Assembly: GCA_049967855.1 (NCBI GenBank)
Contig: JBMFRX010000005.1
Span: 15,344 to 79,343 of the forward strand
Reading direction: 5' to 3'
DNA: 64,000 nt
Source of the DNA: Caldisericaceae bacterium
GTDB lineage: Bacteria; Caldisericota; Caldisericia; Caldisericales; Caldisericaceae
Below the pieces are notes generated by a model that was not told the DNA's origin, did not search any database, and saw only the letters and a program-made list of their open reading frames with translations. The position numbers and the translations under genes are program-made. Position 1 is the first letter of the stretch; every line of letters begins with the position of its first letter. This document shows, one piece after another, positions 49,429 to 59,788 of the stretch.

Positions 49429-50000
49429 AATTCTCTAACCTCACGCCTCACTTTGTCGAGACTGCCGCTATTGTCAATAACAACATCGGCTCTTTTTATC
49501 TTTTCACCAATTCCCATCTGCGACCTTATTCTGCTTAGTGCAGCGCTTTCATCAATATGCTCTCTTTCCATCAGCCTTGAAAGCTGTGTTTCTTCAGAAG
49601 TATATACGACCCAGATTTCGTCAGCAATTTCATCCCAGCCTGCCTCAAACAGGATTGCAGCGTCAATTACCACAATCTTTGCACGTTTTTGCCTGTATTG
49701 CGATAGCATATCGTTTAGCTTTTCAGTCATCAGAGGAATCATTATTTCGTTGAGCTTTGCTAACTGCTGAGTATCGGTGAATACAAGGGTAGCAAGCAAC
49801 TTTCTGTTTATCTTTTTGTCCTGTATTACCGTGTCGCCAAAGGTTGCACTGATTATTGAAACCACATTCTTGTAATTTGTATCCTGAATTTCTTTACCTA
49901 CTCTATCCATATCTATTACATTTGCTCCAAGCTCCTTGAGGATGTTTGAAATAGCACTCTTGCCTGAGGCAATATTTCCAGTGAGTCCTATGATTTTCAT
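49404..50000 (-). CDS. coaE: Dephospho-CoA kinase
   Basis: IGLTGNIASGKS, LFEAG, RLMER, RIRSQM. Confidence 0.95.
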   Translation of the reverse strand: MKIIGLTGNIASGKSAISNILKELGANVIDMDRVGKEIQDTNYKNVVSIISATFGDTVIQDKKINRKLLATLVFTDTQQLAKLNEIMIPLMTEKLNDMLSQYRQKRAKIVVIDAAILFEAGWDEIADEIWVVYTSEETQLSRLMEREHIDESAALSRIRSQMGIGEKIKRADVVIDNSGSLDKVRREVRELWMRLDSI

Positions 50001-52510
50001 GCCTTTGCCTCAAGCAGATCGTGTCCCCAGGCAATGTTCACCTTGAGAGGGACAGAAAGAGAATAAGCATTTTCCATTTCGTTCTTTAATATTTCTTTGG
50101 CTTCGTTTATATACTTTTGTGTTGTCTCAACTATGAGCTCGTCGTGAATTTGAAGTATGAGGAACGCATCAGTTGGAGAGAGCCTGCTGTCGACTTTAAG
50201 CATCGCAATTTTTATCAGGTCTGCGGCGCTGCCCTGAATCGGGCTATTAATTGCGAGCCTTCTTGCATTATCTCTAACAGAGCTATTTTTGCTGTCCAGG
50301 CCTCTTATAGTCCTTCGCCTGCCAAGAATTGTCCTCACTTCACCTTCATTGAGAGCCTTGCTTACGACGCTTTGAAAATAGTCCCTTACGCCTGAATAAC
50401 GCTCAAAGTAGTTGTTTATTATGGTTGCAGCCTCTTCATTGCTACATCCTATTTGTTTGGAGAGGCCATAAGGAGAGATTCCATAAATTATGCCAAAGTT
50501 GACTGTCTTTGCCTTTGACCTCAACTCACCTGTTACCTCTGACTGCTTCACTTTGAATATTTCCATTGCCGTGTAAACATGAATGTCTTCGTCATTTGCA
50601 AAAGCCTCAACAAGACGTTTATCCTGGCTTAGGTGGGCAAGCACTCTGAGCTCTATTTGAGAGTAATCTGCGCTCATCAAGAAATGTACTTCGTCACTTG
50701 ACACGAAACCTTTTCTTACCTTCTCGCCCCAGGTGCCTCTTATCGGAATATTCTGCAAGTTTGGGTCAGTACTTCTGAGCCTACCTGTTGATGTCCCAAG
50801 GTGTTGAAAATGTGTATGAAGCCTGAAATCGGTTTGTGAGACAAGATGGGGAAGAGCTTCAATGTAAGTTGACTTGAGCTTGGTGAGGTGTCGGTATTCA
50901 AGAACCAGTGATACGATTGGGTGTTCTTCGACAAGGTCCTCTAGGACTGCGATGCTTGTTGAGAAATTGAATTTACCCATCTTTTGTGGTCGAAGCCCAA
51001 GCGAATCAAAGAGTATTGCTGAAAGTTGTTTTGACGAGGAGATGTTAAAAGATATTCCAGCAAGGTTGTAAATTTGTTTTTCGAGCTCCGAAATTCTTAT
51101 GTCTATTTCCTTAGACAGTTGTTCAAAATATGCAAGGTCAATTTTAATGCCGTGCTTCTCCATTGAGAAAATCACCGTGGAAAGAGGAAATTCAAGCTTA
51201 CTGTAGATTTCAAAAAGTTTTTCTTTGATTAATGTCTCCTGAACTAAGCCTGCAAGTTCGTAGACAAGTTTGGCTTTTGAAGCAAGGTCATCTCCCAGAG
51301 CTTCGACACCAAACATATGCGACAGAACTTCAAAGGAGTAATCAGTTTTCTCAGGGTCAATGAGATATGCTCCAAGAGAAACATCGATATGGATGTTCTG
51401 AGCCTTTATGCCGAAAAGTTCTTCAACAAGATGCAATTCTCTTGCGTTGTAAATTTCCTTCCTTACGGAAGCATCTGAAAGAATGTTTCTAAGAATGGAA
51501 ACCGAGTTCTCGTTTCTGAAAAGTTCCTCTCCGATTGAATATTCCACTTTTGATTCATCAGTTGCAAGGCCAAACCCTCGCAAATTGTTTCCGTAAAAGT
51601 CAAAAACAATCCCTACAGTTTTCTCTTGTGTTTTATTTTCAAGCGGAATTGCAACGCTGGGAGGGTCATTGAGCCCAAGAGATTTGAGGAGAGTCTTAAA
51701 TTCAAGACGGGTGAGTATATCCTTAACTCTGCTGTTTCCGAAATCCTGCAATTTAAGAGAGTCTATGTCGATGTTTACAGGGACATCAACAAGCGAACAG
51801 AGTCTCTTGTTTTGAACAAGCATTTCTGAATACTTTGCGTATTTCGAATCATTGCCCTCAGGACTGCTTATTAAATTTTCAATGTTTTTGTATTTTTCAA
51901 TGAGCTTTCTTGCAGTTTTTGGTCCTACTCCAGGAACTCCCCCGATATTGTCGGATGTGTCGCCTATAAGAGCCTTGTAATCGGTTATCTGCTCTGGCTC
52001 TACACCAATTGCTTCGAGCAGCTTCTCCCGTGTAAGACGTTCTATTTCTGTGACACCTTTCTTTGTAAGAAGCACGGTCACGTTTTTGCCTATAAGTTGC
52101 GAGAGATCCATATCGCCTGTAAGGATAAGAAAATGCAAATCGTCCTCACGTAAATTCCTCACGAATGTTGCAATAATATCATCTGCTTCATATCCGTCCA
52201 TTTCGAAATAAGCTATTTTGAATGCCTCAAGCACTTCTTTGATGGTATTGAATTGTATCACAAGCTCATCAGGCGTTTCAGGCCTTTGCGCTTTGTACTC
52301 TTTGTATTCAATTTGCCTGAATGTGGGAGCTTTTCTGTCAAATGCAACAGCCACATAGTCTGGGTGCTCGTCTTTAATGATTCGAAGAAGCATCTGCAAG
52401 AACCCGTAAACTGCTCCTGTGGGCTCTCCTTTTTTGGTTAAAAAGTGCGGTAAGGCGAAGAAAGCTCTGTATAGTATGCTGCTCCCATCTATTAGCAAAA
52501 TTTTTTTCAT
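49997..52510 (-). CDS. polA: DNA polymerase I
   Basis: 5'-3' exonuclease (YRAFFA, EADD, GDTSDN); motifs DYSQIELR, KTVNFGIIYG, QIHDEL; proofreading domain degenerate. Confidence 0.97.
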   Translation of the reverse strand: MKKILLIDGSSILYRAFFALPHFLTKKGEPTGAVYGFLQMLLRIIKDEHPDYVAVAFDRKAPTFRQIEYKEYKAQRPETPDELVIQFNTIKEVLEAFKIAYFEMDGYEADDIIATFVRNLREDDLHFLILTGDMDLSQLIGKNVTVLLTKKGVTEIERLTREKLLEAIGVEPEQITDYKALIGDTSDNIGGVPGVGPKTARKLIEKYKNIENLISSPEGNDSKYAKYSEMLVQNKRLCSLVDVPVNIDIDSLKLQDFGNSRVKDILTRLEFKTLLKSLGLNDPPSVAIPLENKTQEKTVGIVFDFYGNNLRGFGLATDESKVEYSIGEELFRNENSVSILRNILSDASVRKEIYNARELHLVEELFGIKAQNIHIDVSLGAYLIDPEKTDYSFEVLSHMFGVEALGDDLASKAKLVYELAGLVQETLIKEKLFEIYSKLEFPLSTVIFSMEKHGIKIDLAYFEQLSKEIDIRISELEKQIYNLAGISFNISSSKQLSAILFDSLGLRPQKMGKFNFSTSIAVLEDLVEEHPIVSLVLEYRHLTKLKSTYIEALPHLVSQTDFRLHTHFQHLGTSTGRLRSTDPNLQNIPIRGTWGEKVRKGFVSSDEVHFLMSADYSQIELRVLAHLSQDKRLVEAFANDEDIHVYTAMEIFKVKQSEVTGELRSKAKTVNFGIIYGISPYGLSKQIGCSNEEAATIINNYFERYSGVRDYFQSVVSKALNEGEVRTILGRRRTIRGLDSKNSSVRDNARRLAINSPIQGSAADLIKIAMLKVDSRLSPTDAFLILQIHDELIVETTQKYINEAKEILKNEMENAYSLSVPLKVNIAWGHDLLEAKA

Positions 52511-52526
52511 ATCTTTATTATTATAC

Positions 52527-54503
52527 TCAATAAGTCACTATTTTATATATGGCTTTCTCATTATTGCTAAGTGATTGGAAACTTGTTTCGGGCATATAAA
52601 CCTCGACAGGTGACGAATGAGCGATTTCGGATAGACTGCCTGGCTTAGGAGCAAAAGCAAGAGTTTCTGAAGGGGAAGAGATAATAAAAGACGAACCTTC
52701 CTTAAACTGTATCTTGAAACTATTATATGAGACTGTAGAATTATTATGAAGAGCGTATGTATGGCCATCCCATTTGAAAGGCAAGGCAGAATCATCACTC
52801 AGAATGGCATTCTTAACGAGGAAATTCTTATCTTCAAGCAGGCTAAGTGCAAGTGACCAGTCTTCGCTTGAAACACAGTGCCCTATAAATATACAATCTA
52901 TACTGTTTACTCCATTCTGCTTGAGAAAATTGCTGAACGTTGAATATGTTGCACCTGTTTTTGAGGCATTCGGCAAGAAGAAGAGAATAGTTTTTGAGTT
53001 TTCCCGTAACAGAAAACAGTCTTCTCCGTCAAAGGATTTCGCTATCCTTACATCTCTTGCAAAAAATATCGGGAAAAGGAATACTGCAATTAGAAGCAAT
53101 GTTGCAACAAATGCGAAAATCTTTCTTTTCTTTGAAAATGCGACAATGGTTAGCACAATCAAAGCATAAGAAGCAGCCATAAGAGGAATCGTAAAGTTGA
53201 CATAGATGTGGCTCAAATATAATTTAGATATTGCGTTTATAAAGAAATTGACAGCACTGAAGGTGAAGTTCACAACTGGGGCAAATATTTTTGCAACTTT
53301 CAAGCTTATTGCAGAAAGTAAAACCTGGATGAACCCTATGGGGGCAACTACATAGAGAGAAGGTATAAGAATCATATTTGCAATTATTGAATACAGGGTC
53401 ACAACGTGAAAGTAAGCTGCAATAATCGGAAGCGTAAAGACTTGAACCGAAACAACTGGAATGAAAATACGAAACAAATTGTTAATTTTAAAGTTTGCTT
53501 CGATGATTTCTGGCAGCACTAATAGCGAGAAGACAGCTGCGAATGAAAGGTAAAAGCTCAACGAAAAAAGCGAAGAAGGAGAAATCAGTAAAACAATTAT
53601 TGCAGATACGAATAGAGAGTTTATTGATTTGACAGGAATGCCAACATATCTTGAAATTAGCATAAAAGAATACATAACAAAAGCCCTGACTGCGGAAACT
53701 TTGAATCCTATGAGCAAGAGATAAATCAAGAGTATGAGGATTACAAATATCGGAGATAGAATTGTGATTTTGGATATGAAGAACCTTAAAACTTCTCCCA
53801 GAATGCCTATGTGAAGTCCAGAGATTGCGAAGATATGAGCGGTTCCAGTGTTTGTATATGGTTCTTTGTCCTGTTGCGACATACTTTGAACCCCAAGGAT
53901 AGATGAAAGTAGAAGGAAGCTCTCGTCGCTTCGCATAGAAAGCATAACGTTGCTGATAATTTTTTCTCTAAGGCTGCTCAGCTTTACGAAAATGTCTTTT
54001 GACGATAATGTCTGAACAGACGTTGCAAAGCAGTAATACGAAGAGCCACTAATATTGGTTATGATGGAGCTGTTATTGTAAGAAACTATCTTGCCATCGA
54101 GCTTTATTGCGCTGTATGCAGGAGGTAAACTGCCATTTGTGTATACCTTGAGCGCTCCTGAGTAGGTTTTTCCATCAATGGAAAGGTTGTTCACGGTAAA
54201 ACTCTTCGGGTAATAAGCCTCCTCAGAGAATCCTGAAACGTTGCCATATACTGTAATTGTTTTCTCGTTCAGCGATGGAGGAATACGGTCGTAGGTAAAT
54301 GGCTTAAAACGTACAAAGCTTGTCAATGAAACCAGAATGGCAAATAAAAGGACGAAAATTCTTTGTTTTCTCTGGGAAAAGAATGAATTGAGAATGACGA
54401 GAGCTATTAAAATAGGAATTGCTAAAAAATTTTTCTCAAGAACCAGAATCGATAAAGCAATGCCTAGTACAGTTGAAATCAGAACGCTTAAGGAAAGAAT
54501 CAA
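52527..54503 (-). CDS. comEC: ComEC/Rec2 DNA uptake channel
   Basis: HIFAISGLHIG, SAVRA, SFYLSF core; follows comEA. Confidence 0.88.
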   Translation of the reverse strand: MILSLSVLISTVLGIALSILVLEKNFLAIPILIALVILNSFFSQRKQRIFVLLFAILVSLTSFVRFKPFTYDRIPPSLNEKTITVYGNVSGFSEEAYYPKSFTVNNLSIDGKTYSGALKVYTNGSLPPAYSAIKLDGKIVSYNNSSIITNISGSSYYCFATSVQTLSSKDIFVKLSSLREKIISNVMLSMRSDESFLLLSSILGVQSMSQQDKEPYTNTGTAHIFAISGLHIGILGEVLRFFISKITILSPIFVILILLIYLLLIGFKVSAVRAFVMYSFMLISRYVGIPVKSINSLFVSAIIVLLISPSSLFSLSFYLSFAAVFSLLVLPEIIEANFKINNLFRIFIPVVSVQVFTLPIIAAYFHVVTLYSIIANMILIPSLYVVAPIGFIQVLLSAISLKVAKIFAPVVNFTFSAVNFFINAISKLYLSHIYVNFTIPLMAASYALIVLTIVAFSKKRKIFAFVATLLLIAVFLFPIFFARDVRIAKSFDGEDCFLLRENSKTILFFLPNASKTGATYSTFSNFLKQNGVNSIDCIFIGHCVSSEDWSLALSLLEDKNFLVKNAILSDDSALPFKWDGHTYALHNNSTVSYNSFKIQFKEGSSFIISSPSETLAFAPKPGSLSEIAHSSPVEVYMPETSFQSLSNNEKAIYKIVTY

Positions 54504-55078
54504 TTTACCTTAATCAAATCCTTTAAAGAATCAAACGTTTTCTGACCTATGCCTGAAACGTTAACGATGTCCTCGATTCTTTTAAAATCGCCATTCTTTG
54601 TTCTATAATCAATTATTGCCTGAGCTTTCACATCGCCGATTCCAGGGAGGCTAACAAGTTCGGCTTTTGTTGCAGTGTTTATGTTGATTTTACCGTCAGA
54701 TTGACTTGTAGCAGTGTTGGTAGTTCCAGAGTTTGCTGTTTTGTAAGGCACCGCGACCTCTTCGCCGTCTACAAGTTTCTTTGCAAGATTAATTGCAACT
54801 AAATCTGCGGATTCTAATGCGCCGCCTGCTTTGATAATTCCGTCCTTTACAATGCTTCCTTCCTTCAATTTGTAGACATCGGGCATTTTTACAGCGCCAG
54901 TTATGTACACAGTAATCTGCGCAGGAACTTCTGGGGCAGAAACATTTGTGATAGTGTCTTCAACAACAGCAGGTGATTTTCTGGGCAATTGTTTTCCTAA
55001 AATGACGCCTCCTCCAAAAGTGATAACTGTAATAAGAACTATTATTACGAGCCATTGCTTGACGCTGAAATCTTCCAT
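54500..55078 (-). CDS. comEA: ComEA DNA-binding competence protein
   Basis: N-terminal TM, SLBB (VYITGAV), HhH (ININTA...LPGIG...VSGIG). Confidence 0.93.
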   Translation of the reverse strand: MEDFSVKQWLVIIVLITVITFGGGVILGKQLPRKSPAVVEDTITNVSAPEVPAQITVYITGAVKMPDVYKLKEGSIVKDGIIKAGGALESADLVAINLAKKLVDGEEVAVPYKTANSGTTNTATSQSDGKININTATKAELVSLPGIGDVKAQAIIDYRTKNGDFKRIEDIVNVSGIGQKTFDSLKDLIKVN

Positions 55079-55097
55079 ATCTTTTTCTCCTCAAAGT

Positions 55098-55913
55098 TTA
55101 TTTTTGGCATTCAGGGCAAAAATAAGAGGTCCTTCCCTTTATCTTGACAGTTGCAACGAGCCCTGAGCAATTAAAACACTTTTCTCCTTCGCGTTTGTGA
55201 ACTTTGAAATGTTGCTGCATTTTGCCTTTTTCGCCGTTTAGATGAACAAAAGAAAGTTCGCTTTCGCCTCCATATTTTCTTGCCTCTTCGAAAATGACAA
55301 AAATTGAATCATAGACGGTCCTAATTTCCTTCTCGGAAAGAGTCTCGCAAAGCCTGAGTGGAGAAACTCTTGCTTCGAAAAGGATTTCATCTGAGTAAGC
55401 ATTTCCAATGCCTGCTATTAATGACTGCTCTGTCAGAACTTGTTTGATAGTTTTCTTCTTATTTGTGAGCAATATACCCTTGAAGACACTGAATTTGAAT
55501 TCTGGGCTGAGGGCGTCTATTCCAAGGTCTTTCAGAAGCTCATCGCTAAATACAGTTTCTGTACTAAGAACTTTTATGCAGGCTGCTCCCATAAGGCCGC
55601 CAACGACAAGACAGCCGTCATCAAAAACAAGTCCAGCTTGAAATTTATCCCTTTCACACTGAGATGTGAGTTTCATATACCCTGTAAGCAGGAAATGAAA
55701 AGCAAGCGAAACACCATTGGACATATCTATTATAAGGATTTTTCCTTTACGCCTTGCTCCAGTAATACTGCTACCTTTTAATGTGCTTTGAAAGACGGAA
55801 CTATTTAGGTTAGATGCCTTCTCTTTGTTCAAGAAGGCATCTATTATGAGTTTACCTGATAATTGGTCGCTAATTTCCTGTTTGAGAAAATCAACTTCAA
55901 TTATCTCAGGCAT
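55098..55913 (-). CDS. mutM: Fpg/Nei-family DNA glycosylase
   Basis: N-terminal MPE..E, RKGK, GIGNAYSDEILF (H2TH), zinc finger CxxC...R...CPECQ. Confidence 0.88.
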   Translation of the reverse strand: MPEIIEVDFLKQEISDQLSGKLIIDAFLNKEKASNLNSSVFQSTLKGSSITGARRKGKILIIDMSNGVSLAFHFLLTGYMKLTSQCERDKFQAGLVFDDGCLVVGGLMGAACIKVLSTETVFSDELLKDLGIDALSPEFKFSVFKGILLTNKKKTIKQVLTEQSLIAGIGNAYSDEILFEARVSPLRLCETLSEKEIRTVYDSIFVIFEEARKYGGESELSFVHLNGEKGKMQQHFKVHKREGEKCFNCSGLVATVKIKGRTSYFCPECQK

Positions 55914-55916
55914 TGT

Positions 55917-57203
55917 TTACTCCCTGAGAAATTTACCAAATACAGATAGGCCTGCATAAATTGCATTGTCTCCGAGCTCTTCTTCTATCCTGAGCAGCTC
56001 GTTGTATTTTTCGAGACGTTCAACCCTGCATGGCGCCCCGCTCTTTATCTGACCCGTACCTAACCCGACCACAAGATGGGAAATAAATGCATCTGCGGTT
56101 TCACCAGAGCGATGTGAAACAACGGAGTTAAAACCAGCATGGGTTGCCATATTTACTGTCTGGATGGTTTCTGTTAGAGTGCCTATTTGATTGAGCTTAA
56201 TTAGAACAGAGTTTGACGCAGAAAGCTCGATTCCCCTGGCAAGCCTCTTGGGATTAGTAACATAAATGTCATCTCCAACTAGTTGTATGCTGCTGCCGAG
56301 ACTTTTTTCGAGTTCAACCCATCCGTCCCAATCCTCTTCAGAAAGGCCATCTTCAATTGATATTATCGGGAACATTGACGTTAGCGACTCATAAAATTCT
56401 ATCATTTCTTTAGAACTTCTATTCTTGCCTTCAAAATCGTAATAGCCTTCTTCTCTGTAGAATGAATTTGCTGCAGAGTCAATTCCAACAAAAACATCTG
56501 AACCTGCAACGTACCCAGCCTCTGTTATTGCCTTTACGATGAATGAGACAGCCTCTTCTGTGTCTTTGAGCCTTGGAGCAAATCCGCCCTCATCGCCTAC
56601 GCTAATTGAGTAACCGTTCTTTTTGAGAATTTCTGCAAGCTTGTGGTAAATCTCAGAACCTGCACGCAGTGCATCACTAAACTTCTTTAAGCCTGCAGGA
56701 AGTATCAAAAATTCCTGGATATCCAATCCTGAATCTGCGTGTTCTCCTCCGTTAAGGATGTTGAACTGTGGAACAGGCAAAGTGTTAGAATTGAGGCCTC
56801 CAATATACCTGTAGAGAGGTATGCCGAGCTCCACTGCCGTTGCCCTTGCAACTGCAAGCGATACGCTGAGTATTGCGTTTGCACCAAGTTTGCCCTTGTT
56901 GTCAGTCCCATCAAGATCAATCATAAGATTGTCGATAAGAGCCTGATTTTCTGAATCCATTCCAACAACGTTCTCTGCTATTATCTCATTTACGTTGGCA
57001 ACTGCCGTAAGGACACCTTTCCCATCGTAACGGCTTTTGTCGTTATCTCTCAGTTCAACTGCTTCATGCTTGCCTGTTGATTTCCCTGAAGGCACCTGAG
57101 CCTTTGCGGAGAAACCGCTCTCCAAAAAAACTTCCGTTTCCACAGTAGGATACCCTCTGGAATCCAAAATTTCCCGTGACTTTAAAGCCAAGATTTCGCT
57201 CAT
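55917..57203 (-). CDS. eno: Enolase
   Basis: EILDSRG.PTVE, NGGEHA, GDEGGFAP, SIEDG, SHRSGET, GQIKSG. Confidence 0.98.
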   Translation of the reverse strand: MSEILALKSREILDSRGYPTVETEVFLESGFSAKAQVPSGKSTGKHEAVELRDNDKSRYDGKGVLTAVANVNEIIAENVVGMDSENQALIDNLMIDLDGTDNKGKLGANAILSVSLAVARATAVELGIPLYRYIGGLNSNTLPVPQFNILNGGEHADSGLDIQEFLILPAGLKKFSDALRAGSEIYHKLAEILKKNGYSISVGDEGGFAPRLKDTEEAVSFIVKAITEAGYVAGSDVFVGIDSAANSFYREEGYYDFEGKNRSSKEMIEFYESLTSMFPIISIEDGLSEEDWDGWVELEKSLGSSIQLVGDDIYVTNPKRLARGIELSASNSVLIKLNQIGTLTETIQTVNMATHAGFNSVVSHRSGETADAFISHLVVGLGTGQIKSGAPCRVERLEKYNELLRIEEELGDNAIYAGLSVFGKFLRE

Positions 57204-57222
57204 TTTGCTTCACCTCTTTAAA

Positions 57223-57822
57223 TTAGAATTCTTTCCTATCTTTTATCGCTAATGAAAGCGTAACAGAATCAACAAAATCAATTTCAGTTCCCTTTGGTAA
57301 CCCCATGGCGATTCGAGTAATTTTTATGCCAAAGGGCTTGAGCAGTTTACCCAGATAAGTTGCAGTTATGTCGCCGTTGAAGTTTGGATTTGTAGCTATG
57401 ATTACTTCTTTCACTTCACCGCTTTTGAGTCGCGAAATCAATTCCTTAACCTTCAAATCCTCAGCCGACATATGATTCATAGGGTCGAGCCGTCCGTGAA
57501 GCACATGGTAGACCCCTCTGTACTCGCCGCTCTTCTCTATTGCAAACAGGTCTCTTACTTCCTCTACGACGCAAATCTTGCTGTGGTCGCGAGAATTATT
57601 ACTGCATATGTCGCAGGGTCCTTCGTTATCGGTGATGTTAAAACAAACAGGGCAAAGGTGAATTTTGGAACGTGCCTCATTTATTGAGTCGGTCAGGTTA
57701 GAAGCTTCTTCGCTGCTCAGTGAAAGTATGTAAAGAGCAATACGCTCGGCACTTTTTGGTCCAATCCCTGGTAGCTTGCCGATTTCCCTTATGAGTCTGT
57801 CAAGCTTGTTGCCAACTTCCAT
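57223..57822 (-). CDS. recR: Recombination mediator RecR
   Basis: LPGIGPKSA.R, C4 zinc finger, TOPRIM (EVIIATN). Confidence 0.96.
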   Translation of the reverse strand: MEVGNKLDRLIREIGKLPGIGPKSAERIALYILSLSSEEASNLTDSINEARSKIHLCPVCFNITDNEGPCDICSNNSRDHSKICVVEEVRDLFAIEKSGEYRGVYHVLHGRLDPMNHMSAEDLKVKELISRLKSGEVKEVIIATNPNFNGDITATYLGKLLKPFGIKITRIAMGLPKGTEIDFVDSVTLSLAIKDRKEF

Positions 57823-58142
57823 TAATTGGGAAATCCCACGCCTCCCATTCCGCCTGGTAATCCAAGCTCAGCAAATTTCTCAGAGGCAATTGCCCTTGCT
57901 TTGTTTTGAGCGTCTCTTATTGCGGCTATAATCAAATCCTCGAGCATTTCTTTGTCGTTCGCTTCGATGAGGGAAGGAGCAATTTCCAGGGAGACTACTT
58001 CCAGTTTTCCAGTAACCTTCGCCTTAACAAGATCTCCTGAAGAAGAACCTTCGACTTCAAGTGCATTTAGCTCAACTTCAATTTTCTCCATTTTGTCCTG
58101 CAATTCACGTGCCTTTTTCATAAGGTCATTGATGTTTTTCAT
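57822..58142 (-). CDS. ybaB: YbaB/EbfC nucleoid-associated protein
   Basis: Lies between dnaX and recR; DKEMLEDLIIAA. Confidence 0.92.
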   Translation of the reverse strand: MKNINDLMKKARELQDKMEKIEVELNALEVEGSSSGDLVKAKVTGKLEVVSLEIAPSLIEANDKEMLEDLIIAAIRDAQNKARAIASEKFAELGLPGGMGGVGFPN

Positions 58143-59731
58143 TTGTCCTCCTCGATCTTATTTACATCTGTAACAGAACCGTCAAAAAGCTTAAGAACTT
58201 CTTTAACAACAGGTTTTTCAATCACTTCTTTCATTGCCTCTTCTCTGTTAAAGAGCTTCTCGTCCATAGGCTCTGAAATAGAAACGCTGATTTGAGTTCC
58301 AAATACCTGCTGTAAGGCCTCCTCAATAATGTGCAAATTGTTCTCTTGCCTTAACATTGATACGTAGAATTTCTTTTCTGGTATAAGCGTTACACATTTA
58401 TCTTTGTATTCAACGGGGTTTGATTTAGCAACCATAGGGAAGAGAGCAACGCTTTTAGACTTAACTGCCGCAAGCACTTTGTCCCAATTTGAAGAAATCT
58501 TTTCAATTGTGAGCTCTCCTGAAACCTCGCTCGCTTTTGTTTCAAGAGGAATATTTGCTTCATTTGCCTCTGCTTTGACGGTTTTTGGTTTGGTGTCGCT
58601 GGCTGCTTGCACTTCAACCTGTGCGGCAGGTATTGCAAAAGAGCTTTCATCAGTAATGAAATTGAGAGAGGCCAGGAGTATTGGGAAATAGGGCTCTTTG
58701 AAATTTCTCAATTTTGGGAGCAGGTCTACGAGCACGGACGACAGTTCTATGAGTTTCTTTGGGGACACTCGCTTGCTTTGCTCCTTCATAAGTTCAACTA
58801 ATTCTGAGTCACGCTTATTTTTTATGTCGTCAAAACCTGTTATGCGCGCAGTTATGAGGTCTTGCAAATAATCAAGCAAGCCTGAAAGGAAAACTTTCGC
58901 ATCTTTCCCGTTGTCTTCTAGTGAGCCAATGTCTTTTAAAATGGAGGGTTGGTCCTTTGCGATGAAAGCATTAACGAAGTCATAAAAAGCTCTGTCCTCT
59001 GGCGTGTCAAATAGAATTTCAAGATTCTCTTCGTTGATTTCGCTGCCGTACATCGTCATTGCCTGGTCAAGCAGGCTGAGTGCATTACGCAAAGAGCTTG
59101 AAGCAAGCCGAGCAATTATTCGAGCTGCCCCGTCAGTAATTTTCACGCCTTCGCTGTTGCAAACGAGATTAATGCGCTCAACCAAATCCTGTATTGATAT
59201 GGGTTTGAAGTAAAAGCGTTCGCATCGAGAAATTATTGTCTGAGGAATCTTCTCTGCCTCTGTTGTAGCTAATATGAAAACTACATTTTTGGGGGGCTCT
59301 TCAAGGGTTTTGAGGAGAGCGTTAAATGCCTGGTTGGTGAGCATATGTGCTTCATCGATTATGTATACTTTGTATCTTGCACTCACAGAAACATATTGGA
59401 CTTTATCTTTGAGGTCTCTAATTTCATCTATTCCTCTGTTTGATGCTGCATCTATTTCAAGGACATCGATATTGGTGCCATTTGTTATGCTTAAGCAACT
59501 GTCACACTGCATGCAAGGTTTGTCTGTTGGCCCGTTCACGCAATTCAAGCCTTTGGCGAATATACGAGCAACTGTTGTTTTGCCGGTGCCTTTTGGGCCT
59601 GCAAAAAGATATGCATGAGCAATCTTCCCTTGCTTAAGGGCCTGCCTTAGTATAGCAACTGTTGCTTCCTGGCCAACTACATCCTCGAAGGTGAGAGGCC
59701 TGTATTTCCTGTAAAGTGCTAAATATTCCAT
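58139..59731 (-). CDS. dnaX: DNA polymerase III subunit gamma/tau
   Basis: LYRKYRP, GPKGTGKT, IDAASN, DEAHML, TIISRC. Confidence 0.97.
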   Translation of the reverse strand: MEYLALYRKYRPLTFEDVVGQEATVAILRQALKQGKIAHAYLFAGPKGTGKTTVARIFAKGLNCVNGPTDKPCMQCDSCLSITNGTNIDVLEIDAASNRGIDEIRDLKDKVQYVSVSARYKVYIIDEAHMLTNQAFNALLKTLEEPPKNVVFILATTEAEKIPQTIISRCERFYFKPISIQDLVERINLVCNSEGVKITDGAARIIARLASSSLRNALSLLDQAMTMYGSEINEENLEILFDTPEDRAFYDFVNAFIAKDQPSILKDIGSLEDNGKDAKVFLSGLLDYLQDLITARITGFDDIKNKRDSELVELMKEQSKRVSPKKLIELSSVLVDLLPKLRNFKEPYFPILLASLNFITDESSFAIPAAQVEVQAASDTKPKTVKAEANEANIPLETKASEVSGELTIEKISSNWDKVLAAVKSKSVALFPMVAKSNPVEYKDKCVTLIPEKKFYVSMLRQENNLHIIEEALQQVFGTQISVSISEPMDEKLFNREEAMKEVIEKPVVKEVLKLFDGSVTDVNKIEEDK

Positions 59732-59737
59732 ATTTTA

Positions 59738-59765
59738 ATTATACAACAAAATGCTTTTAATACAA
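59738..59765 (-). promoter_or_regulatory. sigma70-type promoter of dnaX, probably leaderless
   Basis: TTGTAT-16 bp-TATAAT-6 nt-ATG, no SD. Confidence 0.6.
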
Positions 59766-59788
59766 TTTTTAATTTGCGGGCTCTTAGC

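Noticed and set aside
58139..59731. Programmed frameshift in dnaX producing gamma
   Set aside because: I saw no A-AAA-AAG slippery site or long A run at the expected position.
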